A stretch of DNA of 32,926 nucleotides from an uncultured Alphaproteobacteria bacterium (GTDB taxonomy: Bacteria; Pseudomonadota; Alphaproteobacteria; Puniceispirillales; Puniceispirillaceae): positions 1 to 32,926 of the forward strand of contig CAJWSS010000001.1 in the NCBI GenBank assembly GCA_913045915.1. Direction: 5' to 3'. The notes below the pieces were generated by a model. That model saw only the letters and a program-made list of their open reading frames with translations, ran no database searches and was not told the DNA's origin. The translations under genes were made by a program, and so were the position numbers. This document shows positions 18,095 to 27,931 of this stretch, piece after piece (positions within the stretch are counted from its first letter, which is position 1; each line of letters begins with the position of its first letter).

Positions 18095-18544
18095 TTAGCG
18101 ACGCGCCGCAAAAAAACCGGTCAACAGATGCTGTGCCGCCGCCGCCTGAATGCCGCCATAAATATCTGGCTTGTGATGGCATGTTGGCGAGTCAAAAAAC
18201 CGGACACCTGACTCAACCGCCCCGCCCTTTGGATCGCTTGCGGCAAAATATAGCCGCCTGATCCGTGCATGGGCGATGGCCCCAGCGCACATCGCACATG
18301 GTTCCAGCGTTACCCATAAATCATACCCATCAAGACGGCTTTTGCCGGTGATGGTCATCGCCGCCTGAAGCGCCAGCAATTCCGCATGGCTTGTCGCTTT
18401 GGCGTCACGTGTCATGCGGTTTTCTGCGACAACGATGATCTGTCCATCAGCATCTATAACCGCCGCCGCAACCGGCACTTCGCCAGCCGCCGCCGCACGC
18501 CTAGCGGCGTCAATCACAACATTCATATGGCTAGCTGGGCTCAT
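18095..18544 (-). CDS. tadA: tRNA adenosine(34) deaminase / nucleoside deaminase
   Basis: GEVPV, HAE, TLEPCAMCAGA, DPKGG. Real start near 18544; the 283 aa ORF in the track is over-extended into rluB. Confidence 0.85.
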   Translation of the reverse strand: MSPASHMNVVIDAARRAAAAGEVPVAAAVIDADGQIIVVAENRMTRDAKATSHAELLALQAAMTITGKSRLDGYDLWVTLEPCAMCAGAIAHARIRRLYFAASDPKGGAVESGVRFFDSPTCHHKPDIYGGIQAAAAQHLLTGFFAARR

Positions 18545-18592
18545 CTTTATGTGGTCGCATAAAACCAGCAAAACTCCAAATGCATTTGTAAT

Positions 18593-18621
18593 TTGCCTAT
18601 TGACCTGTTTCCGTTTACATC
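18593..18621 (+). promoter_or_regulatory. Putative sigma70 promoter for rluB (leaderless)
   Basis: TTGCCT-N17-TACATC, then 7 nt to ATG 18629. Confidence 0.45.
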
Positions 18622-18628
18622 GTGACAA

Positions 18629-19492
18629 ATGAACCAAAAACCCAGCTTTACCCTTGATATGGATACCGGGCCAGAACGCATCGCCAAACGGATTGCGCGT
18701 GCTGGCATCTGTTCCCGCCGCGATGCCGAAGCCCGCATTCGTGACGGGCGGGTTGCGGTGAATGGCGAAATTATCAACAGCCCGGCATTGAATGTGTCGC
18801 CAAGTGACGTTGTTAGCGTTGATAATAAACCGCTTCCTGAACGCGAACCGGCACGGCTCTGGCGCTATTACAAACCCCGTGGGTTGGTGGTCAGTGCGCG
18901 TGATGAAAAAAATCGCGAAACCATATTTGATAAATTGCCCGGACATTTGCCGCGGGTGATGACGGTTGGCCGTCTCGATATCGATTCTGAAGGGCTATTG
19001 TTACTAACAAATGATGGTGATTTGGCCCGCCACCTTGAATTGCCGTCGACGGGTTGGAGCCGCAAATATCGTGTGCGAGTGCAAGGCCATGTGAATGAGG
19101 AGCAGCTTGCCAGTCTGGCCAAAGGCGTCACCATTGACGGCATCACCTATGGTCAGGTGATCGCCAAACTAGACCGGCAGATGGCCAGCAATGCGTGGCT
19201 TACAATGGCGATTAGAGAAGGCAAAAACCGCGAAATCCGGCGCATCATGGAACATCTTGGCCATCAGGTCAGCCGCTTGATCCGGGTCTCATACGGGCCG
19301 TTTCAGCTTGGTGATCTGGATGATGGCGAGGTCGAAGAGATCCGCCCACGGATTGTTGCCGACCAGCTTGGCCTAGCACCGCCGGGGCCAAATGATGACC
19401 GGGCGACTTTGACGGCAAGCAAAAGAGGACAGCATGCGAATCATAGCCGGAAGCCGCCGCGGCGCAAAATTAACAAAATTAGACGCCGCTAA
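18629..19492 (+). CDS. rluB: rRNA pseudouridine synthase, RsuA/RluB family with S4 domain
   Basis: S4 domain RIAKRIARAGICSRRDAE; VGRLDIDSEGLLLLTNDG (catalytic Asp); EGKNREIRR. Confidence 0.88.
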   Translation: MNQKPSFTLDMDTGPERIAKRIARAGICSRRDAEARIRDGRVAVNGEIINSPALNVSPSDVVSVDNKPLPEREPARLWRYYKPRGLVVSARDEKNRETIFDKLPGHLPRVMTVGRLDIDSEGLLLLTNDGDLARHLELPSTGWSRKYRVRVQGHVNEEQLASLAKGVTIDGITYGQVIAKLDRQMASNAWLTMAIREGKNREIRRIMEHLGHQVSRLIRVSYGPFQLGDLDDGEVEEIRPRIVADQLGLAPPGPNDDRATLTASKRGQHANHSRKPPRRKINKIRRR

Positions 19493-20003
19493 CACCCGGC
19501 CCACCGCCGACCGGGTGCGCGAGTCACTTTTTAATATTCTTGATGGCGGGCGGTTTGGCCGGGCCTTGACTGGGGCCGTGGTCATTGATGCCTTTGCCGG
19601 CACCGGCGCACTTGGGCTTGAAGCCCTGTCACGCGGCGCGGCATCAGCCTGTTTTATTGAACAGACCGCAGAGGCGCTGGCAGTTTTACGGGCAAATATA
19701 AAAAAACTTGATATGCATGACCGTTGCCAGATCATTGCCGGCGATGCCACCAGCCTGTCTCATTGGCCGCATGCACCAGCCACGATGTTATTTGCAGATG
19801 CCCCCTATCATAGTGGCGGTGGACAACAAACCGCCCTCACCCTGCAGTCCTTGGGCGGGTTGGCGGCCGGCGCCATTCTCATTCTGGAAACACATAAATC
19901 CGAAACCATAGATCACGGCCAGCTTGCCGCGGCGTTGCTGACACATGATGAAACCCGCATCTATGGCAAAGCCGCTTTGCATTTTTTCAGATATAGTGCC
20001 TGA
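19434..20003 (+). CDS. rsmD: 16S rRNA m2G966 methyltransferase
   Basis: MRIIAG, RPTADRVRESLFNIL, DAFAGTGALGLEALSRGA, DAPY, YG; GAGGA Shine-Dalgarno. Confidence 0.93.
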   Translation: MRIIAGSRRGAKLTKLDAANTRPTADRVRESLFNILDGGRFGRALTGAVVIDAFAGTGALGLEALSRGAASACFIEQTAEALAVLRANIKKLDMHDRCQIIAGDATSLSHWPHAPATMLFADAPYHSGGGQQTALTLQSLGGLAAGAILILETHKSETIDHGQLAAALLTHDETRIYGKAALHFFRYSA

Positions 20004-20026
20004 CAGAGCATGGTGCGGGTCATGGC

Positions 20027-21904
20027 CTAGCGCCGACCAAATAATTTTTCAATATCAGCAAGCGATAGCTTGACCCATGTCGGGCGGCCATGATTGCACT
20101 GGCCAGATCGCGGCGTGGCTTCCATATCGCGTAATAGCCTATTCATCTCGGCACCATTTAGCGCCCGGCCGGCCCGCACCGATCCATGACAAGACACGGT
20201 GGCCAAAATGTGATTGATGCGGTCATCCAAACTGTGGCTATCACCAAGCTCTACCAGTTCTTCAGCGATATCTGTGACCAATTGAACGACATCTGGGGTG
20301 CCAAGCAAGGCTGGCGTTGCGCGCACAATAACAGCCCCCGCGCCAAACCCATCTACAACAAGCCCCATTCTAGCCAGCCAGTCAGATGCCTCGGTAATAG
20401 CCGCACAATAATGGTCCGGCAAAGAGACAATTTCTGGCAGTAACAGCTGTTGCGACATAACCCCCTTACCAGCAATGTCTGCTTTCATTTGCTCCATAAC
20501 CAAACGTTCATGCGCCGCATGCTGGTCAATGATGGTGATGCCGTCATGCGTTTCTGCCACGATATAGGTTTTGTGGAGCTGGGCACGGGCCGCGCCCAAT
20601 TGGTCATGACGATAGATATCGTCATCTGTATGCGGTGCTATCACCGGCGCGGTTGGTTGGGCGTGACCGGCAAGTAAATCATCACCTGGCTGGGGATGGT
20701 GAAACGCCACCGCCGCATGCTTGGCATCTGCGGACAAAATCGGTGGGGCATCGCCGTACCGCGCCGGGCTACCGGCTGATAAATGGCTTGCCGGTCTGTT
20801 ACGTAATAGAGATGGATCACTATATGAAGCTTGACCGGCCGGCATAGTTGCATTGCTGGCAAATTTCCGAAGGGCGGCGGCGCCATTATCGGCGGTCGCC
20901 ATAATGCTGGCATCACGCATTTTTGCGGACAATGCCCCCACCAGCAAACTGCGCACCGCCGCGGCATCTTTGAAACGCACTTCGGCCTTTGCTGGATGCA
21001 CATTCACATCAAGATCAGCGCTTGGCAGGGTGATAAACAGAACCGCCATCGGATGCCGGCCCCGTGGCAGAGTATCGCCATATCCGGCCCTGATCGCCCC
21101 AAGCAAACGACGATCATGCACCGGCCGCCCATTTACAAATAAAAACACATGCGCTGTTGTTGGCCGGTTCATTGTTGGCAAACCCGCAAATCCAGTCAGA
21201 TGAATGTGATCACGCCGGGCGTCCAGAACAGCCGCTTCAGTGGCAAAAGCCCGGCCCATAATGCTGCCAATACGTTGTTGTTGGCCAGCCTGATCTGGCA
21301 TAACGGCCGGCAAATCAAGCACCACCCGATCATCCGCGGTGACATGAAATCCGACCTGCGGCCAGGCCATCGCCAGCCGTTTGATCACATCAAGGCATTG
21401 ACCCTGCTCGGTGCGTACGGTCTTTAAAAATTTCAGACGTGCCGGTACCGATTTGAAAAGCTGTGTGACCGAGATCACACTGCCATTTGGCAGGGCCGCC
21501 GGGTCTGGGCCATGTTGAATTCCGGCATCAACAACCAATTGCCAGCCATGCGGCGCCCCCGCCGTTATTGAGGTGATGCTAAGCCGAGCGACCGCGCCAA
21601 TTGACGGCAATGCCTCACCGCGAAACCCTAAACTTCGGATATCAACAAGGCTATCTTCAGGCAATTTTGAGGTGGCATGGCGGCGGATCGCCAGTTGCAT
21701 GTCATCTGCATCCATTCCGCGCCCATCATCACGGACTGTAATTTCATCAATGCCACCTGATTTTAGCGCAATGGCCAGCTTTGTTGCCCCAGCATCAAGC
21801 GCATTTTCGACAAGTTCCTTTACCGCGCTGGCTGGCCGTTCGACCACTTCACCGGCGGCGATCTGGTTAATCAACCGGTCGGGAAGTTGCCGTATTTTGT
21901 CCAT
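20027..21904 (-). CDS. mutL: DNA mismatch repair protein MutL (endonuclease-containing type)
   Basis: IAAGEVVERPASAVKELVENALDAGA, GFRGEAL, DVNVHPAK, DQHAAHER, CHGS, CNHGRP. Confidence 0.97.
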   Translation of the reverse strand: MDKIRQLPDRLINQIAAGEVVERPASAVKELVENALDAGATKLAIALKSGGIDEITVRDDGRGMDADDMQLAIRRHATSKLPEDSLVDIRSLGFRGEALPSIGAVARLSITSITAGAPHGWQLVVDAGIQHGPDPAALPNGSVISVTQLFKSVPARLKFLKTVRTEQGQCLDVIKRLAMAWPQVGFHVTADDRVVLDLPAVMPDQAGQQQRIGSIMGRAFATEAAVLDARRDHIHLTGFAGLPTMNRPTTAHVFLFVNGRPVHDRRLLGAIRAGYGDTLPRGRHPMAVLFITLPSADLDVNVHPAKAEVRFKDAAAVRSLLVGALSAKMRDASIMATADNGAAALRKFASNATMPAGQASYSDPSLLRNRPASHLSAGSPARYGDAPPILSADAKHAAVAFHHPQPGDDLLAGHAQPTAPVIAPHTDDDIYRHDQLGAARAQLHKTYIVAETHDGITIIDQHAAHERLVMEQMKADIAGKGVMSQQLLLPEIVSLPDHYCAAITEASDWLARMGLVVDGFGAGAVIVRATPALLGTPDVVQLVTDIAEELVELGDSHSLDDRINHILATVSCHGSVRAGRALNGAEMNRLLRDMEATPRSGQCNHGRPTWVKLSLADIEKLFGRR

Positions 21905-21915
21905 TGATTGTCTCG

Positions 21916-22437
21916 CTACTGAACCGCCACCGGCTTATCGCTTGTCGGATCTGTTGCCAAGGTTGCCTCGTCGGTTGGCAAACGGCCATCCTGACGGGCT
22001 TTGCGCAGACGCGCATCCTCTGCCATCTTATCGAGAACCGGGCCAATATCTGGCAGGCCGCCAAAGAGTTGTTGCAACGGCAACCGATTTTCTAGCTGAA
22101 TGCCATAGGTTTCGGCATCAACTTTGGCCCGGATGTCATCAGGCACACTGGAAAAATCAAACAGCTGTTCAAAATCACCCGTGGCACTATTCCCAACCGC
22201 CAATGTGGCTTCAGCGCTGGTTTCAGCATCAACACCAGTCGCCTTTTTATCCTTGGCAATAATATCTTCGGGCCGATCGGTAAAACCGGGCGGCAAAGAC
22301 AATGGCGGCCGCACCACCACCTCAAATTCATCGGGTGATGATTTTTCGGTACCCACCGCGCGGCGAAAATCCGAGCACCCGGCGAGCCCTACCAGCAACG
22401 CCATTGTGATCCCAGCGGTCATTACATGCTTGCTCAT
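21916..22437 (-). CDS. DUF3035 family lipoprotein
   Basis: Lipobox LAGC; PDEFEVVVRPPLSLPP motif; usual position after lspA in alphaproteobacteria. Confidence 0.8.
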   Translation of the reverse strand: MSKHVMTAGITMALLVGLAGCSDFRRAVGTEKSSPDEFEVVVRPPLSLPPGFTDRPEDIIAKDKKATGVDAETSAEATLAVGNSATGDFEQLFDFSSVPDDIRAKVDAETYGIQLENRLPLQQLFGGLPDIGPVLDKMAEDARLRKARQDGRLPTDEATLATDPTSDKPVAVQ

Positions 22438-22943
22438 ATCCGACTTGTCTCCTGTTCACGCAAAATACTGTAGCCCCACAGCACCGCGCCTATCGTTATC
22501 GCCGCATCAGCCAGATTAAACGCCGGCCAGTGCAGGCCAGCATAATGCAGGTCTATAAAATCAACAACCTTGCCAAAACGCAATCGGTCAATCGCATTGC
22601 CAATCGCCCCACCAGCGATACATGCCGCCGCCAACCGCTGCACGCGGTGCAGACGCGGCACCATCCAAAACAGCCATGCAGAAACCGCAATTGCCAAGCT
22701 GGTCAAAGCAATCGGGACCAAGGCCCCGCCACCGGCGAGCATACCAAAACTCATCCCCCGGTTCCACACCGGCACAAGATTAAATATGGCCAGAATTTCA
22801 ATGCGGCGGGGTGGGTCAAAAATCAAATCCAGCATGATTTGTTTGGTGGCCTGATCGGCCAGCACGATCAGCACAAATATGGCACAAAACACCAGACGCA
22901 TAGGCCGGACCACTGGCGCCTGTTCGTCATTATTTTCGGTCAT
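22434..22943 (-). CDS. lspA: Lipoprotein signal peptidase II
   Basis: DQATK, WNRGMSFG, GGAIGNAIDR, VVDFI, WPAFNLAD. Confidence 0.95.
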   Translation of the reverse strand: MTENNDEQAPVVRPMRLVFCAIFVLIVLADQATKQIMLDLIFDPPRRIEILAIFNLVPVWNRGMSFGMLAGGGALVPIALTSLAIAVSAWLFWMVPRLHRVQRLAAACIAGGAIGNAIDRLRFGKVVDFIDLHYAGLHWPAFNLADAAITIGAVLWGYSILREQETSRI

Positions 22944-22972
22944 GGCACATCTTTCGTTATGGCCGTGTATGG

Positions 22973-25768
22973 TCAGGCAAGCGTTGCAACAACATCGTCA
23001 CACCGTTTGCAGATGCCATCATCGGCAGTCACTTCGGGCATGACTTTCCAGCATCGTGCGCATTTACCACCTGTCGCAACAGCAAATCCCACCGCCACAT
23101 CAGCCACTGTATCCAGCCGGAAGGCATCGGCTGGCGGCGTATCTGTCACGATTGTTGCCGCCGAGGTGATGAACAGGCTAGCCGCATCCTGTCCGTCAAA
23201 TGCCGATTGCATAGCCGCAGTGACATAAACCTGAGGGGCGGCCTGAAGTGACGCGCCGATCGCCCCATCATTGCGGGCTTTTTCGAGGGCGCTCATCACC
23301 ACTTGGCGTACCTGACGGATGAGTGACCAATTTGCGTCTATATCGTCATTGCGCCAGTTAGCAGGTACCGCATCATATTGCCGTAAATGAACCGAATTTT
23401 CTGGATCACCAACATAGGCCTGCCACGCTTCTTCGGCAGTAAAACAAATGATCGGGGCTAACCATGCTGTTAACCGGTTGAATAATTCATGCATCACGGT
23501 TCGGCAGGCCCGCCGACCTGTGGACCCTGGCAGGTCGCAATACAGCATGTCTTTTCTGATTTCAAAATAGAAGGCTGACAGATCGCTGTTACAAAACTGA
23601 TGCAACTCGGTAAAAATACCGTGAAAATCATAGCTGTCTGTCATGCGGCGGATACGATCATCCAAAGTGGCAATCCGGTGCAACACCCATTTTTCAAGAT
23701 CAGGCATATCATCATAACCCACCTGCTCTGCCTGATCATAGCCATCTAGAGCGCCCAACAGATAACGCAATGTGTTACGGAAACGCCGATAGGTATCGGT
23801 CATGCGTTTGATAATTTCCGGGCCGATTCGCAGATCATTATAATAATCTGAACTCACCACCCAGAGACGCAAAATATCTGCGCCATTTTGTTCCATTACC
23901 GCTTGCGGCGTGACCACATTACCCAGTGATTTGGACATTTTCCGACCATGTTCATCAAGCACAAACCCATGCGTCAACACACCCTTGTAAGGGGCGCGGC
24001 CACGGGTCGCACATGACTGCAATAAGGAAGAATGAAACCAGCCACGATGCTGGTCAGACCCTTCAAGATATAAATCCGCCGGGCTGTCAAGGTCAGGCCG
24101 GTCTTCTAGAACAAAAGCATGTGTTGAACCGCTATCGAACCATACATCCAAGATATCGGTGACCTGTTCATAATCATCAGCGTTATAATCGCTACCCAAA
24201 AAGCGACTGGCGTCAGACAGGAACCAGCAATCAGCCCCTTCGGTGCGCATCGCCTCGACAATACGCGCATGCACAGCCGGATCACGCAAGGGTTGGCCCG
24301 TTTCCTTATTGACAAAAATGGTCAGCGGCACACCCCACGCGCGCTGGCGGCTTAGACACCAGTCCGGCCGCTGGGCGATCATTGACGTCAGACGTTTTTG
24401 TCCAGCCGCTGGGTAAAATGCCGTTTTAGCCAATTCACCCAGTGCTGTATCACGAAGCCCATGCGACTCCATCGACACAAACCATTGTGCCGTGTTGCGA
24501 TAAATCACTGGTGCCTTTGACCGCCAAGAATGCGGATAGGAATGAACCAATTTGCCAATGCCAATCACACCGCCATGCTGTGCCATCATATCGGCAATTT
24601 TTGCATTATCACGCAACGCATGCATACCGCCATAAAGCGGCAGATGCGGCAAAATATACCCGTCTTCACCAACTGTTTCGGGTACGGCAATACCATGTTT
24701 CAAATGCGCTAATTCATAATCTTCTACACCGTGACCCGGGGCAATATGCACAAAGCCAGTGCCTTGTTCGGTGGTGACATGACTGCCCGCCAACAATGGC
24801 ACCTCAAAATCATAGCCATCTGCGGCCATCGGGTGGGCCGCAATGGTGCCGGCCAGTTCATGCCCGGCCACTGTGGCGCGCGTGGTCATCGCGGTAATGC
24901 CAAGCGCATCCGCCACCACGTCGCATAATTCATCGGCGAGGCAAAGCACATCACCCTTGCGCACAAGAACATCATCTTTGACCGCGGTTACTTCAATGAT
25001 GCGGTATGCGATATCATCGCCATATGCAATGGCGCGGTTGCCGGGCATTGTCCATGGTGTTGTTGTCCAGATCACAATGCTGGCATTATGTAACGCTTGC
25101 AGAGCGCTTGATTGCACGGGGAACCGCGCATAGATGGTAACCGACGTATGGTCCTCATATTCAATTTCCGCCTCGGCAAGCGCGGTTTTTTCAACCGGTG
25201 ACCACATCACCGGTTTGGCACCACGATAAAGGCTACCGTCCATCAGAATCTTACCAAGTTCTTCGGCGATTTTCGCCTCGGCTTCATAGGCCATTGTGGT
25301 GTAAGGCGACTGCCAGTCCCCAAGCACCCCAAGCCGTTGAAATTCAGTGGACTGAACCGCCAGCCAATGCGCGGCAAAATCGCGGCACTCCTGACGGAAT
25401 TCGGCTGTTGGCACCGCGTCTTTATCTTTGCCTTTTTTGCGGTATTGTTCCTCGATTTTCCATTCGATGGGCAAGCCGTGACAGTCCCAGCCCGGCACAT
25501 AATTGGCATCTTTGCCCAACATTGATTGCGACCGATTGATCACATCTTTCAAAATCTTGTTCAGCGCATGGCCAATATGAAGCTGTCCATTGGCATAGGG
25601 CGGGCCGTCATGAAGGATAAATTTTGGCGCCCCCTGACGGGTTTCACGAAGTTTGCGATACAGATCAACCTGTTGCCAGCTTTGTAAAATTTCAGGTTCC
25701 TTTTTGGGCAATCCTGCCCGCATCGGAAAATCCGTACGCGGCAAAAATACAGTGTCTTTATAATTCAT
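22973..25768 (-). CDS. ileS: Isoleucine--tRNA ligase (type 1)
   Basis: HDGPPYANGQLHIGH, WTTTPWT, GSDQHRGWF, KMSKS, C-terminal CARC...CKRC zinc motif. Confidence 0.98.
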   Translation of the reverse strand: MNYKDTVFLPRTDFPMRAGLPKKEPEILQSWQQVDLYRKLRETRQGAPKFILHDGPPYANGQLHIGHALNKILKDVINRSQSMLGKDANYVPGWDCHGLPIEWKIEEQYRKKGKDKDAVPTAEFRQECRDFAAHWLAVQSTEFQRLGVLGDWQSPYTTMAYEAEAKIAEELGKILMDGSLYRGAKPVMWSPVEKTALAEAEIEYEDHTSVTIYARFPVQSSALQALHNASIVIWTTTPWTMPGNRAIAYGDDIAYRIIEVTAVKDDVLVRKGDVLCLADELCDVVADALGITAMTTRATVAGHELAGTIAAHPMAADGYDFEVPLLAGSHVTTEQGTGFVHIAPGHGVEDYELAHLKHGIAVPETVGEDGYILPHLPLYGGMHALRDNAKIADMMAQHGGVIGIGKLVHSYPHSWRSKAPVIYRNTAQWFVSMESHGLRDTALGELAKTAFYPAAGQKRLTSMIAQRPDWCLSRQRAWGVPLTIFVNKETGQPLRDPAVHARIVEAMRTEGADCWFLSDASRFLGSDYNADDYEQVTDILDVWFDSGSTHAFVLEDRPDLDSPADLYLEGSDQHRGWFHSSLLQSCATRGRAPYKGVLTHGFVLDEHGRKMSKSLGNVVTPQAVMEQNGADILRLWVVSSDYYNDLRIGPEIIKRMTDTYRRFRNTLRYLLGALDGYDQAEQVGYDDMPDLEKWVLHRIATLDDRIRRMTDSYDFHGIFTELHQFCNSDLSAFYFEIRKDMLYCDLPGSTGRRACRTVMHELFNRLTAWLAPIICFTAEEAWQAYVGDPENSVHLRQYDAVPANWRNDDIDANWSLIRQVRQVVMSALEKARNDGAIGASLQAAPQVYVTAAMQSAFDGQDAASLFITSAATIVTDTPPADAFRLDTVADVAVGFAVATGGKCARCWKVMPEVTADDGICKRCDDVVATLA

Positions 25769-25850
25769 GGCTGACTCAATCTTCTAACGGGCTATTTGTG
25801 GGCTTTATCTTGGTAATTGTAGTTCTGTTCACATGATCATATGGCCGGCA

Positions 25851-26840
25851 CTAGCCAGACTGACGCAGATGCAAATCTGACAGAATGCGTCGGGCCTGTT
25901 CGGCATCTGTTGCAATTTGTGCCAGCAACGCATCAATGCCGGAAAATCTTTGTTCGGGGCGCAGGAATGCTTTTAACCGCACCAGCAATCGCTGTCCATA
26001 AAGGTCGCAATCACTATCGAATAAATGCGCTTCGCACAGCACGTCCTTTTTTTCGAATGTTGGCCGAATACCAATATTGGCAACACCACCAGCCCGTTTT
26101 TGCGGCGCGGCCGTGCCATCATCAATATCAATTTCGACAGCGTAAACGCCAAAGGCAGGATGTTGCAGGGTTTCAAGCGCAATATTAGCTGTCGGAAAGC
26201 CAATCTTGCGGCCGCGTTGATCACCCTTGATCACCGTGCCTGTCACCGCCCAGTCACGTCCGAGCATAGAGGCGGCGGCCACTGGATCGCCCGCTTGCAA
26301 CGCCGCGCGGATGCGGCTTGATGAGATCACCACGCTATTTTCATCCTGCAACAACGCAACGCTAAAGGCCGCGATACCGACCGACGCCCCATAGTCATTT
26401 ATTGTATCAATTTGGCCACCACGCCCCCGGCCAAAGGCAAAGTCAGAACCAGCATAAAGCTGTTTGACACCAAGAGCCGGCAAAACGGATGACACAAAAT
26501 CTTCAGCATCGGTCCGGCGCAAGGCCTCATCAAACGACACATGAATGATCCGATCCACATCAAGATTAGACAATAGCCGGTCTTTTTCGGTGCGGTCAGC
26601 TAAATGGAACGGGGCATCTTCTTGTCTGAAAAACTCGCGTGGATGGGGATCAAAGGTAATAACGGCTGGCACCAACCCGTCTCGCTTGGCCGCGTCACAA
26701 GCCGCCGCCACAACTTTTTGATGCCCGCGGTGCACGCCATCAAAATTGCCAATAGCGGCCGCAAGCGGCGGCCCATCCAAGGCGGCGTCACCAATCTGCC
26801 AACGCACCACTTGCGCCATTTTTCTATCGTCTTTTACCAT
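25851..26840 (-). CDS. ribF: Bifunctional riboflavin kinase / FAD synthetase
   Basis: IGNFDGVHRGH, TFDPHP, DFAFG, ISSSRIR, GRKIGFPTAN, NIGIRPT, EAHLFD, LRPE. Confidence 0.96.
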   Translation of the reverse strand: MVKDDRKMAQVVRWQIGDAALDGPPLAAAIGNFDGVHRGHQKVVAAACDAAKRDGLVPAVITFDPHPREFFRQEDAPFHLADRTEKDRLLSNLDVDRIIHVSFDEALRRTDAEDFVSSVLPALGVKQLYAGSDFAFGRGRGGQIDTINDYGASVGIAAFSVALLQDENSVVISSSRIRAALQAGDPVAAASMLGRDWAVTGTVIKGDQRGRKIGFPTANIALETLQHPAFGVYAVEIDIDDGTAAPQKRAGGVANIGIRPTFEKKDVLCEAHLFDSDCDLYGQRLLVRLKAFLRPEQRFSGIDALLAQIATDAEQARRILSDLHLRQSG

Positions 26841-26848
26841 CGGGCGGC

Positions 26849-26878
26849 ACTATATCGCTGAACGACCAAAAATATCAA
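26849..26878 (-). promoter_or_regulatory. Putative sigma70 promoter for the ribF-ileS-lspA operon (near-leaderless)
   Basis: Minus strand TTGATA-N18-TATAGT, then 8 nt to ATG 26840. Confidence 0.55.
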
Positions 26879-26951
26879 TCTTTGATCGCATGAATAACGA
26901 GAAATCGCCCCAAACATCCCGCTTGTGAAGCCCAATCGTCAAACAGAAAGA

Positions 26952-26981
26952 TTGCACAATCCAGTTCGCATTTGATAAGGT
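26952..26981 (+). promoter_or_regulatory. Putative sigma70 promoter for mscS-chaC
   Basis: TTGCAC-N18-TAAGGT about 90 nt upstream of ATG 27074. Confidence 0.35.
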
Positions 26982-27073
26982 TAAAAGGAGTTTGAAAAAA
27001 ACCAATCACCCGTTGCCCGTCTAGTCGAAAAAACAGACCAACCAGTGATTTTGATAGCAGATTGGTCATTAGT

Positions 27074-27931
27074 ATGGACAACCAATTTATAAATCTGACC
27101 TCACTTAATGAAAAAAATTTTGACGTGTTGCTTGGATTTTCAACGCAGCTGTTAGCGGGCATTTTAACATTGATCATTGGGTTTTGGCTGGCTGGTCGGG
27201 CTGGTAGGCTGACACGCGAGTCACTCAGTAAAATTGGACGGCTTGACAATACGATCGTGCCCCTATTGGGAGCGTTGGTGCGCTATGCCGGCATGACCCT
27301 GACGCTGGTTATAGCACTTGGCAAATTTGGTGTTGAAACCACCTCGATCATCGCAGTGCTTGGTGCCGCTGGCTTAGCTATTGGCTTGGCATTGCAGGGC
27401 ACTTTGTCGAATGTAGCGGCAGGCCTAATGCTGGTGTTTTTGCGGCCATTTAAAACTGGCGATTGGATTGAGGCCGCTGGCATGTCGGGGTCAGTGCGTG
27501 AAATCGGTTTGTTCACAACAATTATAGACACCTTTGACAATGTGTTTATAAGCGTCCCAAATTCAGCGATCTGGTCATCAAGCATTGTGAATCACTCCCG
27601 TTACGAAACGCGCCGACTTGACTTAGATATTGGTATTGACTACGGCAGTGATCTCGATAAGGCGGAGGCTGCAATCATGTCTCTCACCAACGATCCAAGG
27701 GTCTTAAGAGATCCAGAGCCACGCTTTATCATTGTAAGTTATGATGACAGCGCAATCACCATAAGATTGCGGCTACATTCTTCCTACGCTGATTTTTTTG
27801 ATCTTGGGCATGATTTGAGGCGACAGCTTAAAACAGCGCTTGATAGTCATGGGATCGGGATACCTTTCCCAACCCGTGTTATCCATATGCCCGACACAAA
27901 TAATGCAAAAAACAAATCTGCAGTCAAATGA
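27074..27931 (+). CDS. mscS: Small-conductance mechanosensitive channel
   Basis: GAAGLAIGLALQGTLSNVAAG, RPFKTGDWI, VPNS, IPFP. Confidence 0.92.
   Translation: MDNQFINLTSLNEKNFDVLLGFSTQLLAGILTLIIGFWLAGRAGRLTRESLSKIGRLDNTIVPLLGALVRYAGMTLTLVIALGKFGVETTSIIAVLGAAGLAIGLALQGTLSNVAAGLMLVFLRPFKTGDWIEAAGMSGSVREIGLFTTIIDTFDNVFISVPNSAIWSSSIVNHSRYETRRLDLDIGIDYGSDLDKAEAAIMSLTNDPRVLRDPEPRFIIVSYDDSAITIRLRLHSSYADFFDLGHDLRRQLKTALDSHGIGIPFPTRVIHMPDTNNAKNKSAVK

Noticed and set aside
18545-18946. N-terminal extension of the 283 aa tadA ORF suggesting a fusion protein
   Set aside because: Most of it is the antisense of rluB; deaminase similarity starts only near ATG 18544.
21573-23228. Long plus-strand ORFs of 229 aa and 232 aa
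   Set aside because: Antisense shadows of mutL, DUF3035, lspA and ileS with no recognisable motifs.
25769-25850. Leader or attenuator before ileS
   Set aside because: Only 82 nt, with no T-box, leader peptide or terminator visible.
26986-27024. AGGAG followed by a 10-codon TTG mini-ORF upstream of mscS
   Set aside because: Only 1 nt separates the Shine-Dalgarno-like motif from the TTG, too short for initiation.
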